Shown: positions 36,324-49,831, counted from the first letter of the whole stretch. The stretch: 57,816 bases of DNA, filler included, from Sphacelaria rigidula (GCA_964200075.2; 7 parts of 7 records of this genome joined end to end with filler, not necessarily neighbours in it); one strand, 5' to 3'. Numbers and translations are program-made. Notes: generated from the letters alone by a model not told the origin.

Positions 36324-38109
36324 GTGAGTGTCTTGCTGGATACTCTTGGGGGTGGTACGCTGTTGACTTCGCGGAGCAGCAAGAGTTTGAACGAACTGGT
36401 TGGCAAAATTCGTGGCGAACGAGTACTTGTTTTTTGTGGCAGTTGCGACATTTGGATCTTTCGAGCGGCTGGTGGTCCTGGGCGTCCGCACCACTTGGGC
36501 GAAATCAATGATTAAATGATTGTACGAGAAACTGGTTTTGGTTCAGGTTCGTACATCCGGATCTTTGGTGCCGCTGGTAGTCCTGGGTCCTGGGTGGCTG
36601 CACGAGCGTTCGATATATCAGTGGGTCCGAGCAGTAGTAAAAAAAAAACGGTTATTCTGACATCTCCAAAAAACGGCGTCGACAACAATGGGCCCCTCGC
36701 AGATGTCGATGTTAGCTCTAACACAAATCGCGGAGGACATCGACCAGTTCGTGCAAATGTCCCTATCGTGGTCGTTCGTCCAGCCATCGATACCTGTGAT
36801 GTGTCGACTGAGGGCCGGTCTGATAATGGGTGATTTTAACTTTACTGTCGAAATTCCGATCGATCACATCGAAATTTTCGTTCTCGATCGCATAAATTGC
36901 CGAGAGACGCCGTGAACCAAATCATGAAGGAAAGAGACGTTTTTTTTCTGCACGACGGCATTTGCAGAAACTCTCCATCGTCGTGGGTTCCAAATAAATC
37001 GCCCAAAATGTGTTGGGGAGAGAAGATAAAGCCGCTCCTGCTCAAACGCGCCACCCACCTGTTACGCGTGCCGATATCCCTCCACCTGTTTTCTCAAATA
37101 TTCGGACTCTGTCGAGTATCCCTGACAAGCGCCATTCCGTTTTTTTCCTGCGTAGATTTTGGTGGAAAGCACCCTGGACCCTACACGCTGTTCGCCTTTT
37201 CGAATAAACCACGAAGCGTAAGTATGACGACCTCTGTCGCGATTCTGGTGAGATATCGTACGTGTCGATTGTCGTCGGCGACTGTTGTGACGGGTACAAC
37301 GGTGGAGAGGTGGAGAAACGAAATACACTGAAAACAGTCGGAGGACGGACTGTCTACGGCCTACAATGAACTGACCGGCAGACATCCGTTTACCGCATGG
37401 AAAAAAATTTACAAACCGGACGAAATCATGGCTTCATATCCTTAACTTCGTACTTCGTATGAACTTGCGTTGTGCATGCAGTAGAGTATATGGGAGTTTG
37501 ACACTCGATCAGCATGCGCGCAGCGTGCGGAGCACGAGTGCCGACTGTATTGTACCCCCCCAAGTACGCGTGAGAGCGGGTATCTCGTGAAAACCTGGGC
37601 CATGCGCATTAGCTAAAACGTACGTGAAGGGCAAGTTGGATATGTCGGTAGGTACTGTCGAAGGTGTCGTGAAGGAATACATCATCTTCTTCAAGTATCA
37701 TCCCTCTTCGAGGGTGACGTGACTTGAGATGCCATCGAGATCAGACATTTGTTTTCAAGGCACTTTTAACCCTCCTCTCCACCCCCCCATCCTCGGGAGG
37801 AGTCCGTTGTCTCACGGGATCAATCCATCACTCCCCCGGTACACGCCATGCATTCCGTCTCGCTGAGTGGATGAACTCTCTCGCACCGCGTCGACTGACG
37901 GTAACATCTTGTTACTCACACCCTCATGCTCCCCTTCCAATTTCAGTCCAACTCGAGAACTCGGCGCTTCCTACCCAAAGAGGAAACGCTGCGAGCATTC
38001 ACCAGTAAGGGCAAGGGAATGAGCTGTTTCCGTCGGTTTTGCTCAGCTCCCTCCGAATCACTGACACCCTTCGCCCTCCCTTCGCCCCCCTCCCTTCCAC
38101 TCCTGCCAG

Positions 38110-38464
38110 CTACGCTAACGGCCTCAAGATCTCCTTCGCCAACTGCATCTACGGCTTGGCCAAGGAGCTCGACCCCAGCATCGACGCGCAGAAGGTGCTG
38201 TACCTCGTTTCCTCCACGGCCGAGTGCTTCCTTAGCCGAAAGTACGGTCTACGCGTGGGCGCCCCGTACGGAGGCGTGTGCCTGCCGAAGGACGTGCCGG
38301 AGCTCACGAGCCTGGCGCCGGAGGGGTCGGTGTTCAGGGAGTTTTTGTCGGGCACCGGGAAGATTAACGACTGGATCTCGAGCCCAGAGGCCAAGAACAT
38401 GAGGGTAGAATTGACGGAGAGCCCTAACTGGGTGTCTCCCGACGCGCTCATCACTAGCAAGTAG
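38110..38464 (+). CDS. GMD: GDP-mannose 6-dehydrogenase, exon 3 of 3
   Basis: Pyrimidine tract plus ccag. YANGLKISFAN, catalytic GGVCLPKD (AlgD-like GGxCLPKD), TAG at 38462-38464. Spliced CDS is 329+273+355=957 nt, 318 aa. Confidence 0.88.
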
Positions 38465-38594
38465 AGGGAGCTTTTATGAGGTTGGTCGGGTTAGACCAGC
38501 TGTCCCTACGGGACATGTGTATAGTGTGCGAATACTTGCAGATGGGGGATGCGGGGAAAGTATTGCTCAAGTGCTGCTGGTTATTTGGGTAGTG

Positions 38595-38699
38595 CTGGAT
38601 TGTTTGACCTTCCGTGTTGATGTCTATTTGAGTAATGCTAGATTGTTTGACCTTCCGTGGTGACGACTATTTCTGTAATCCTGGATTGTTTTACCGTGT
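38595..38699. repeat. ~43-bp tandem repeat downstream of GMD stop (likely 3' UTR)
   Basis: GATTGTTTGACCTTCCGTG recurs about 2.5 times. Confidence 0.7.
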
Positions 38700-41477
38700 A
38701 TGATCGAAACCGTGTCGTTTAGTGTTCGTAGCCTATCCATGGGCACTCGTACGCTGTGTGAAGAAACCGTGTCGTTCGTGTGTGTAACCTTGCCGTGCGT
38801 GCTATTTTGGATCTACCCGCATACATGCTTTGGGTGTGCATGGGAGGTAATTGGTTCATCTGTGGGTTTGAGGTGGATGCCTTGGCATCATGGTGCCCAC
38901 GAGAAGGAAGATGCCCGAGTGCGGGGAGGAAGGAGGGGTCCTTGTACACTGTGTTTGCCGTTCTGGCTTTTTTGCGACGTCGACCGTTGTCGGCATATTG
39001 GAGAAGGTGATTTTCGCCTTTTGTTTTTGAAGTTCGCATCGGATTAGCGGGAGTTCGCTAGCTGGTCTTATCATGACAGCCATCCATCACAAATATAAAT
39101 TTCGAGTGCTGCAGTTGATTTCTCAGCTGTCGACGCTTTGAAGAAAATCTTGCCGTATATATTTGTCCTCATGGATTCCGTCGTCTGTGCCGGATAACAC
39201 TGTGCCATGTTGAGAGTGCATATGCGCCGTTTTTCTGGTGCGAAGCGTTCGGAACCCCCGAGAGTTTCCTTTTTCTGTCGTGGAAGGCATCGCTGATTGT
39301 CGCTTCGCGACCATGATCACGATCACCACTAGCTGCGCATGTGACAGCAACCGATTCGCCGCAATGCACGCACGGCAACCCGATCTTGACGGTGGAATAT
39401 TCCTTCTCGCCTTACGATACTCGACTACTGTAATACTTTGATACTAAAATTGCCTAGATACTTGCGAAGGGTAAACAGATTGCGCACGCCCCTTATACTT
39501 TCCCCGAGCACGTGTTTGTCTACCACCGTCTCTTCCATCATCCGTCTCCGTTTGACGGCCCATGACCCGAGGCGTATGCGGAGAGTGTTTCGAACACCCG
39601 GGGTATTAGCTCAAGTGATGATGCGCAAGGCAACAGTAGTATAGTAAGCCTTCTCACGCGGCTTGCACCCGTTGGTGGGCTTAATATCACCCCCTCAACA
39701 ATAGATTCCGTCATCAGGAAATGTACTGCGCGCAGGATGGATTTGTTTTTTTGTCTACTGCAATACACGCAATAGTCGATACTGGATGCAGTGCCTTTTT
39801 TGATGGTGTGATCCGTTGCGTCCAGGGGGTGTCCAGTATCAGCTATCAAGTCACACTACAGTGCCGGATGTGATTGCCGTTCGGCCACAGAAAAGACGCC
39901 GTCACGTGGAGCGAAGGTTGCGCACTCGCATGCACAAGACCGTCCGGTCCGTCGAGGATCGACACCCCGATGGGTGCGTCGTGTGTCGTGTGCGGAGTCA
40001 AGCGGGGGGACATTGCAAGTATAGCTTTTCTCGAGGGCTCATGATCCAATTCCGAGACTGCATGGATTAGCAGGTGCCCTCACCCTGGTGCCCACCCGTA
40101 CACCAAACCGCCTTCATGAGCATTCAGCTTTGGGGCTGAGTTCGAAGCGGCGGTGAGGTGGAGCGCACTCGAAAGAGCATTACGGAATTAGAAAACGCGC
40201 AGTGTGCGGCGAAGGTTATCACCTGTTCCCCGGGGGGCGAAAGAAAAATCAACACCGCCCCGTCTGTTGTGTACTCATGCAGACCGCGACGATTCGCCGC
40301 GTCTGCCCAGGTACGTGAAAAAACGTACCCCTATTTCACTGTGTCTTGATATTATCAAATCGACTCATAACATGATATTTGTTTGTGGGTGATGCTGCTC
40401 ATGTGCTACCTGCGGTAGTAGGTGGTGGGTTTGTCGTGAAATTACTCGGAAGGGATAAGTAAGGAAGGTGTGATGGACTTCTCTTCCGCAGTCAGTTGTG
40501 CTTGGTGCTCATTCCATTCCGGTGAGGATCGGACATTCTCCTGTTACGATGATTTCGCTTTCTTCACGAGCAGTATCAGTAACCGCGCGAGCAGAGTGTT
40601 CCAAGTTGTCCAGCATTTCGCTTCGGCAGACCGGTTATGCCTACACCTGACGCTGCTGTCCGCATAGAAGTACACAAAACATGAAATAAAGAAGATGATG
40701 TATCGTCCAGAATATACTCAGCATTATTATCATGCATAATTCGTAAATACCACGTGAATCAAGAGGCTGGATAATAAGGAGAGTATGGACGAGCAAGCTT
40801 AGTACGGGTCCTGCTCTGCCTGGTGACGGGCAACAAGCTGCGAATCTGCATGCAGCTATAATGTAGACAGCCATCCTCATCTTTTTTTAGTGTACGTACG
40901 CGTACGTATTTCGCTTTGGTTGTTGAAGTGACTGCGTAGAAGAGAAGAAAGGACAACACTGCTGGGTATGTGCCCCAGAAAGGACTGGAATCCAATGAAG
41001 AAGTCTCAAAAGAACGCTATGCTTTTTCGCCACGAGGTGACAGGGTACAGCTGCAGCTAACTCCATCAATACTGACCAAACTCGAAAGTGTATATATTTT
41101 CTGGTCGTTACCCTTATCCATTATTGAACGACCCCCTCTATCGTTGGACTCGGCTCTTACGGGGAAAAGGGGATTTTGCAGCACCCCCCCCCCCGCGCGC
41201 GCGCCCCCCTCCTGTCTCTGGAAGTGGCGATACCAGAAAATGAAGCAACTCATTGTAGACTGTCATCCAANNNNNNNNNNNNNNNNNNNNNNNNNNNNNN
41301 NNNNNNNNNNNNNNTTAATTAATTAANNNNNNNNNNNNNNNNNNNNNNNNNNNNNNNNNNNNNNNNNNNNGGCACTGGCAACACATGATTTTCCAACGAC
41401 GCTACCGCGCAAGGCAGGCGACTCGAACGTGGTACACTACGCAAGGTGAGTGGGGAAGCAAATGCGGATGCGGCATC

Positions 41478-44400
41478 ATGAGTCTTCTGCGCCCCAAGCG
41501 GTGCCCATGTTGCGTAGAACAGCTGTGTCGAGATCGTCTTGGTTGTGTCGTTGGAGGCACCAGGATCCCCGGCGGGCGGTCGGTACCTAGGTGTAGTAGG
41601 CATCCTCCAAGCGAATCTTAAGGGGGATCGGGTCATCGAGGAAACGGATAAAGTAGGAGTTGTAAGATGCAGGGTCGACCAAATGAACCTTACCCAACCA
41701 CCACAGTGAATTTAGAGCATTATACCAAAAGTACGCCCCCTTCGGCAAACGTTGTCTGTGAGAAGACTGCATGTATTGTGAACGCGAAAGAAGGCTTAAG
41801 CCTGATACGACAAACCGCGCTGAGTGCTCACGTGCCAGTTCCCGAGCGGCAGCTCTCTTACGCATAGACCGATATCTCTTATTCAACGGGCGGTGTTGGA
41901 CGGTGTCTCCTACCCAGTACAGCAATATTTCCCGACGAAAATGACGTAAGTCAACTTCACGCTCCCATGTAAGACGCATGATACCCTTCCAATGTGTTTG
42001 ATACATTACCGCTATCTTACCACCACGGTCGCGAACCAGTTGATGCCTCGAAATCCTATCTACCACAACGCGTTCCAGGGGTGCGTCTGCATCCTCGACC
42101 GTCATATGATACGGCGGAGTTTTGATCGCATACTTGGTCAACACACTCTGGCTAAGCCCCAGCGGCAGTTGTTTGGATATGTCCGAGGAGTCATGAGGGG
42201 GGATACACGGTTTGCATCCTAGCATCGACACGCGATTTTTCGGTTCCAGGCCAGGTTCATCCGTGGGAAAATCTAAGTACAAACGATTCGCTCCCGCCGG
42301 ACTTTTGTCGGGTGCGGTAGCACATGGACCGACAGCCAAACTTTCTCAAGGACCAGTCCAATTCAAGGGTAGTTTTGCCTTCAACACTTCGTCCAAAGAG
42401 GATGTCTTTGAGTTAACCCCTTAATTGATGATCTTTACATCATTTTATACCCATACCCGTTGGCCTATCTTCCACACCGGGCGGTTATGTAAAATATCAT
42501 CCAACAACGAATTCACCCTGGCGACCTTGGCCAAATTGATCAGGTTCTGTTCTCGTACCACTTCATACGCAAGACAAAGACGATTGCTAACTGACAAATG
42601 ATACTCCACAACATCACGTTCGAGACTCTGATGTTCACCTGTATTTTTGCGTTCGAATACCGTCAAAGGTAACCTAGGCATGCGTCCAATATGAATTTCA
42701 TTCGGCGACAATCCCGTAGCGGCATTGACTGAATTGTTGTAGTTCATCTGGACAAGGGGAAGGTGCAGGTCCCAGTCCATCTGTCTCTCATTTGCTACAG
42801 CAGCGAGCATCTGTGCCATCGTATGGTTCCCTCATTCCGTTCCATCATTGGTGGAAGGGTGATACGAACTAGTAAAAATGCGATGGGCGCCCAAAAGGTC
42901 ACTGACTGCGGCCGAAAGTTTGCCAGAAAAATGCGGGCCATTATCAGACAGTCATCGTTCAGGCACACCCTACTGTGGGATGTACATATAATCAAGAATG
43001 TTGGCGGTACCTTCCGGGTTATAGCTACTGGGAGGGACAGCGTACATCACCGCATGTTGACTAAATCCATCTGTGAACAACAAAATATACTTATTACCAC
43101 TATCCGTCAGGGGCAAAGGACCAAAAAAGTCCCACGAAACTACTTCACCAGGCCCGTTTGGGAGTGGTATGAAAACAATCGGCCAACGAACTGTTTGACG
43201 TGAAGTCTTGCGCGCTGGGCACAAGAGACACCGCCGAACCCACCAACGAGAATACTGGTCCATACAAATCCACCAATGAAAACGTCCCAACGTCTGGGAG
43301 GTCCTAATGGCGCCCAAATGAATCGATGCCTGTAGAATTTATGGGCGCAGGAGCATCGGGACATAGATGCGGATGGGTTCATCACCTAGCAAGGGGGCAT
43401 GTCGACTTGTAGGCTTTCCCCTGGGGAAGGCCGCTGTAGGCCGGCGAACTAAAATACCTACACCATCATCATCCGTATGCAGCATACCTTTCCGCGAAAG
43501 TTCAGTAACTTTATCCTGTGTAGGGACTTTGAGGTTCCCGACGGGCAAAAGGAACTCGGTTTCTGAGAATGGACATGGGCAACTTTTGGATAGAGAACGG
43601 ATAGCTGATTTACAAGCAGGTTCTGCCTGTTGTTCCGGGCCCAATCGGCGTGGGAAAAGAGGGTCGAACGCTCCTTGAATACGCAATCTGTTCAAGAGTA
43701 TACTTCGCGATGGGTCGGGTCGGGATGGGGGTGACACGAAGCGGTGATGTTGGAATCAAGGGTGAGCCTACCTTCTCAGGCGGAACGTGAACTCCACTCC
43801 TGCGTCGATTAGCGTGGTGGGTGTTGTGGTGGTGTTTGCAATATCATCACCAAGGGGGGGGGGGCACAGCCGTGGTTTCGGCTATGGTTGGCAAGAGAGG
43901 CACGGTCGGGGTCGATTTTCTGGGGGCCTTGCGTCGTGAAGGTTGAGGAGGCACAAGGAAGCTATCGGGGACCGGGATGGGGACAGGGAGGGGAAGGTCA
44001 GGACCAGATACGGCTAATTTAGTAGCCGTTTCGGCGGTCCGCCGTCCACGAGTCCTACTCGAAATCGAATCTCGAACTTGAACTGGTAAGACGGAGTCAG
44101 CAAAGGACGGTTTTACACCTGCTGCGAAAACCATGCGTTGGCCATTTGCAGGAAAATGATCATAGCCAACAGTATTCGTAGACAGTCCATTCCAAACAAA
44201 GTACAACGATTGAGGTTGCAAGCTGCCCAGAACTAATGCGTGGGCTATGGGCGTCAGCCTACCCATGCCTAAAGCCGGCGTTTTTCTGAGTGAAAGTGGT
44301 GTGTAAAGACCTCCATGTCAATTCCTGCTATTGAAATATACAATGTCTTCGGTGGGATCGGTGATACGTCCCATGAGGTATTCATCGATAGGTTGAGCCG

Positions 44401-45945
44401 GTGTGGGCGAGCGTGGCAGAAAGCCGGCGTTTGCGTTTTGCGGGCCTGTGCGATATTTCAACTGAAGGTTGTGAGACGACAGGATTTCGAACCAGCATTG
44501 TGCCCTAGCGTTGTGTTCCGCCATTTCAGCGATGATTTTCAAAGACTTATGATCCGTGTAAATCACAAACGGGATGCCACACAAGTACTGACGCAGACGT
44601 CGCACGCCCCAAACAACTGCGCCGGCCTCTTGTTCCATGACAGACCAAATCGATTCATTTGGAAAAGTGGTGCGACTCAGATATACAATGGGACGAACAG
44701 TAGAATCGTCTTGCTCCTGTTCTAATGTGCAGCCAAACCCAATTTTGGAAGAATCCCTGTGGAGACGGAAAGGGCGGGAAATATGTTCCGCAGCCGACCA
44801 GTCGGGGACGACGAGAATCGGCGGGCGCGAAAGGGGGTCAACAAGACGGCGGACATTTTTTCCGATTTCCGATGTAGACACAAATTTCACCCCCTTTTTT
44901 GAGGAGGGTCGTGAGGGATTTGAGCGTTCGGGCAAGGTGTGGCAAGTACTGTATGTAAAAGCTTAGACCTCGCAACAAGGAACGCAGTCGAGAAATGTCC
45001 CGTGGCATGGGCATATCGGCAAATGCGGCGACCTTGTTGAGGTTTGGGCTTCGACCTTCTAGGGTGATGCAAAGGCCCAGGACCTCAACCTTCGTGGCGC
45101 CAGTGCGGGATTTGGAGGGGGCGAGATTCACGTTGTGTTGTTCAAACAGATTAAAGAATGATGCCATTTGTTTGATGCGTTCGGCCGGTGTGCAGTCGTG
45201 GCACACCGCATCATCAAGGTACATATGGCATTTGGGCAATCCATCAGTCACACGGGACATAACACGTTGAAACACACCTGGGGCTCCGGCGGCACCTTGT
45301 GGTGTTAACTAGCCACTCGAACAAACCTGATGGCGTTCAAAACGCCATCAGTTCAATGGAATTCGGATCCATCACGAGTTGATGGTAGCAGGACTGCATG
45401 TCAAAGTAAAACAAAACTTACCCTCGCCAAGAGAGTCAACAACCTCATCAATTAATTCGTGGAAGATGCAGCCGGGCGATTTTGGTGACAGCGTTCAATC
45501 GTTAATAATTGACGGTCAGTCTGATTTTGCCATTCTTCTTACGGACGACTACTAAGGGCGAGGCCTACGGAGACGTCGAGTGCGAAATCAAACCATCGGA
45601 GAAGTAAATATCGGGAATCACTTGGATTTTATCCGCTGAGAGGGGGTTCGTACGGTACGGACGCATAGCAATAGGTGGAGTGCTATCAGGGATTTTGATC
45701 TTGAAGAGCGTCGTGGTACATCGATCTAAATCTAAGGGTGAAGTAGAAAACAGTTCAGAAAATGTAATCAAGATGGATCTCAATCTATCGATTACAGTGG
45801 GTGTCCAACCATCGTCGGGTAGATCAAAAACAATTGGCCGCAAATGAGGGGGGATGTCATCCCACAACTTTTAGAAACTGGCGCGTTGTTCTGGGAAAAA
45901 TATATCCGGTAATGCAGGGGGCCCGTACATATTCTGGAACGGCCC
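41478..45945 (-). mobile_element. Degenerate Ty3/Gypsy LTR retrotransposon pol (RT-RNaseH-integrase-chromodomain)
   Basis: Minus-strand order: RT (MRPYRTNP; FQRVM...HMYLDD), RNase H (DSSKIGFGCTLEQ, EAGAVVWG, TDHKSL), integrase (CLLC, WDFFGPLP, WDLHLPLVQMNYNNSVNAATGLSP), chromodomain (VDRISRHQ...YQTHWKG...TWE). Many stops and frameshifts. gag/protease and LTRs not seen. Confidence 0.93.
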
Positions 45946-45960
45946 CTATACGCTAATCTT

Positions 45961-46090
45961 TCCTATCGCGATGGTATCGCGATAGTATCGCGATAGAAAA
46001 AAGCTGAATCTCTCTATCGCGATGGTATCGCGATACCGTCGCGATAGGGAAATTTGGCTCGGATAGAATCGCGATAGCATCGCGATAGGG
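45961..46090. repeat. Cluster of eight palindromic TCGCGA units with 11-bp spacing
   Basis: TCGCGA at 45966, 45977, 45988, 46017, 46028, 46039, 46069 and 46080. Confidence 0.9.
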
Positions 46091-48645
46091 AGGGGGTTTC
46101 GGGGGGTCGGTTGACAAGTTTTTGTCCGCAGGGGGGCACACATCTGACGGGGCAGTTCGTAGGAGAGGTGCTTGAGCATAACCCAACAACTGTCCAATAA
46201 GTATATCGAATCCCAGCCGAAGCCTCAAGTGTAAGCGTAAAAGGCAATGCAGCAGAGCAGTAATGCCGTTTGCGCCGATGCAAGCAACCCACACCCTTGA
46301 GGGTTGTCAGCAAGCGGTCCTGTATTCGGTTCGGATTACTAGCTTTTACGCTCTCAAATCAAGCATCCACTTTATACTGCTGTGAGGGAATCACAGCCAG
46401 CCTTTCGGATAATTGCAATCCATCGAAGGGTGATCAGGGACGAAGGATATAGTAAAGAATTAAATACGCACAACTCCCACGACCCACGTGGTCCGAGCTG
46501 TGGACTTGAAGACCAAGTAGAACTGAAGAGATCAGAAAGGAGGCGATGCTTGAAGACTCTTTTGCTTAGCTTTTTACGGTAACTCTATATCCAAGAGATG
46601 TAGGCTGCTGGTCTGTGGACTCAAAGTGCGCAGGTGGGCAGTGGGCAGCGCGCCGCTCGACTTTTACCCTGCCTCGCGTACAACCCTGTCATGTTACAAA
46701 ACCAGCCTGGCGAGTGCTTTCAAGACCGACGCGTGCCTTTAGCCAATCAAAGCTCTAGTAGCAGGAGCGTATTTGCACGACCAAGTATACGCAGACCAGT
46801 CTACAAGTTCTTCAAAACGAGCAGTGACACCCAAAACCCACCACTTATATATCTACTTTACAAGCACACATTTGACTATAATCTCTTCATACCCGCCGAT
46901 CGTTTGTGAAACGATCGTGATATCTCACTGTGCTAGTTTAGTCCTCACACGCGGTCATATACCATCACAATAGCCCACCCTAGATCGTGACAAGTGTAGT
47001 TCTTTTTCAAAAGGGACGAATTCGCATCGAAACACACCACTCCCACACCACAGAAAACTTAGACTAATTTCAAAGATCAAGTATTGTTCGGTACGGAGAG
47101 CGATAAAGTACGACCAACACAAAAAAACAAAACAGAAAAGGAACAAAACTCAAAAACAAAGCAAAAGAAAAAAATCGAACTGACACAAGACCCAAAAATG
47201 CAGTGTCCTCAAAATGCCGTGAGCATTTCCGGGATAGTCGAAGGAATCAGAGGCCCATCATTGAAACGATCATCATACACTGCCCTAGCTATATCATGAA
47301 TATAGTAGTTCACTCTTTTCCGAAAGTCCGATTTGTTTCAGTTTCACTGGTAAAAAAATAAGCAAGCCCGCCAAAGCATGATATCACTTTGATAACCAAT
47401 TTTATGCTAATGACTCGTCCCAGTCAATCAGTTAAACCAACAACGTGCCGCCGATTTCGTCGCGAAAAAGTAGTTTCCCGCGAAAACCATACGTTGTAAA
47501 AAAACGAAATACGCATGATACGGACAAATCAACCCAGTTGACGTGAGATAACTGTCGGTAAATGTTTGTGAGAGCAACAATCTGCTAAGGACGTCTGAGT
47601 GATGATCCAGTCGTACACCATTTTTTTCTTTTCTTCTCACACGACGAGATACGAAAACAACCGGCCGGTTTGTGGGCTGGGGTATCCGCACACTTCAAAA
47701 GAAACGTGATTGAGTCAATATAAAACCATCGGAGCTACTACGTATTTCCGAGGCGGATCGCCCAACACATTTCTGAACCACGAGAAATACACGGGAGAGA
47801 GAGGGCCAACGCAGTCCACTCCTCACGGTATTTTTTCGTTCGGACTAAAACGAGACTGGCTTGCACACAAACTGGAGTAAAAACCACAGCCGGTCGTACC
47901 GTCACGTTACTTCGCCTAATAGTCCCTGATAAAAACAAAACACCAGCGACCGATTTCACGGGCGGGTAACCGTACGAAAAAAACTGGTGTAAGTAGTGAC
48001 AAGAAAATAGCTGGTGGCGGACTCTGAGCCTATAGGCTGTACCAATTGTCGAATATCGACATGGTGGAACGGTCTGTTCCGGAAGACCAATCTATCCTAT
48101 CATGATCCGTAATGGCCCTGTATGAGGAGACGTTTGCAACCAAATATATCATCATCTTCATGACAATTGCTCAACATCGTCACGTACGACGCGGTCAGTG
48201 GTGACCTCGTTGTATCTCACCAATCACCAAAGTATAAATCATCCGATGCGTCGCATTACACGTGACCCTTCCTATAAACGAGGTCGGTCGCACGTATGCA
48301 GGAGTCACAGAAAAAGTAGGCCAAGTGTTTTAGACTCGAGGGTCAGGAACGTGGGGACACTCATTGCGAAATTCCCGACATATACTCAAAAACCAAAACC
48401 AAAACAAATACAAAACCAGCAGTACGCTTGGCAACAGCGAAAACAAAATAATCGTAAAATGAATCAGATAAATAACGCGTGGCGACCGTCCCTGTAAACG
48501 GAAGCGGTTGTCGCGTGTACGAAGCAAGTGGGGTCAAGTGTTTCAGCCAAGAAGGTCAAAATATTTCGGGACTCTCGACTTCAGTTACTACCGCCCATGG
48601 TAACATAAAACCCGACGTGGAACGCACACAAAAGAAGACACGTCA

Positions 48646-48894
48646 GACTAATGCCGAGATAGCCCCCCCACAAAAAGAGCACCCGAGACCGTCCGACAAA
48701 CCGGCTGCGATCCCACTATCGAGCTCATCTGCAGCGATTTCACCCGCATGAGAGGCGTATAGCGGTCCGAAATTATTGATAACGCCCAAATGAGTCGCGT
48801 CGTGGAGCGCGAAACCAGCTCTAACGGCATTAATGATCATCGCCTCCGTGCACTTCTTTGGCCGGTTCGTAGGGGGGCTATCTCGGCAGCAGTC
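48646..48894. mobile_element. MITE family E copy with 4-bp TSD
   Basis: TIRs GACTAATGCCGAGATAGCCCCCC / GGGGGGCTATCTCGGCAGCAGTC. GTCA at 48642-48645 and 48895-48898. Confidence 0.75.
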
Positions 48895-49653
48895 GTCACG
48901 ACCGATCCCGAAGAGGGAGGCGGTATTCATGTAAGGAGCGATTGGACAAGAGCGCAAATATTCCATACGGGGGGGGTCAGGAATGTCTAGCGCTCGCTCC
49001 GGAAAATCTCGACCGAAAAGACGAACAACAAAAATAACAGCGAAATGGATAAAACAAGACAAGTGCGTACAGCGAGGAAAAGAAAGAAAGCAAGTCGTCG
49101 CAACTGTTCCAGTATACGGAATGGTCGCGAGTATACGGCGCGGAGGACGAAGGTTCAAGTGTTCCAGACTCGGGGTCAAGGATGTTTGTCGACCGGTCGT
49201 CACGTGACGGTCGTCATGTAGTACGTTGACATATGAACCCAGAAATTACCAAAACAAAATATACATCAAACACTAAAATAAAAAACAAAACGAGACGAAA
49301 AGGAAAAAATAAGAAGGGGGAGAAAACAACACGATACAAGACAAGAACAATACACAAAGACAGGGTCCAAGGCAAAAAAAGAAAAAAACAAATACAAAAT
49401 ACTAGATTCAAAATACAACCACTACAAGGACGGGGCTACAGCAGTACGGAAAAATAGTGAAGGGGGGGGGGGGGGGGGGGAACTAGTTTGTTGCTTGCCT
49501 TAGGAATTTGACAATTGACCACGCCTCCTTTTCGAGAGGGGGGNNNNNNNNNNNNNNNNNNNNNNNNNNNNNNNNNNNNNNNNNNNNTTAATTAATTAAN
49601 NNNNNNNNNNNNNNNNNNNNNNNNNNNNNNNNNNNNNNNNNNNACGATAAATA

Positions 49654-49693
<40 letters not shown>

Positions 49694-49831
49694 CTCCGTC
49701 TCGAAAGGGATACGTGGTCAATGGTGAAATGACTAAGGCAAGCAACAAATAAGTACGCCCCCTCCCTCCGCTCCTGCCCGTACTTGTTGTCGTGTTCTCC
49801 GTGCTCGCCGCTCATGTGCACGAAACGTCAG

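Noticed and set aside
34569-36494. 253-aa (+) and 245-aa (-) ORFs
   Set aside because: Off-frame or antisense overlaps of GMD exons 1 and 2.
45961-46090. CRISPR-like array
   Set aside because: Units are 11 bp with no unique spacers, there are no cas genes, and the context is eukaryotic.
46500-46970. LTR of the adjacent Gypsy element
   Set aside because: No second copy, PBS or PPT visible within the contig.
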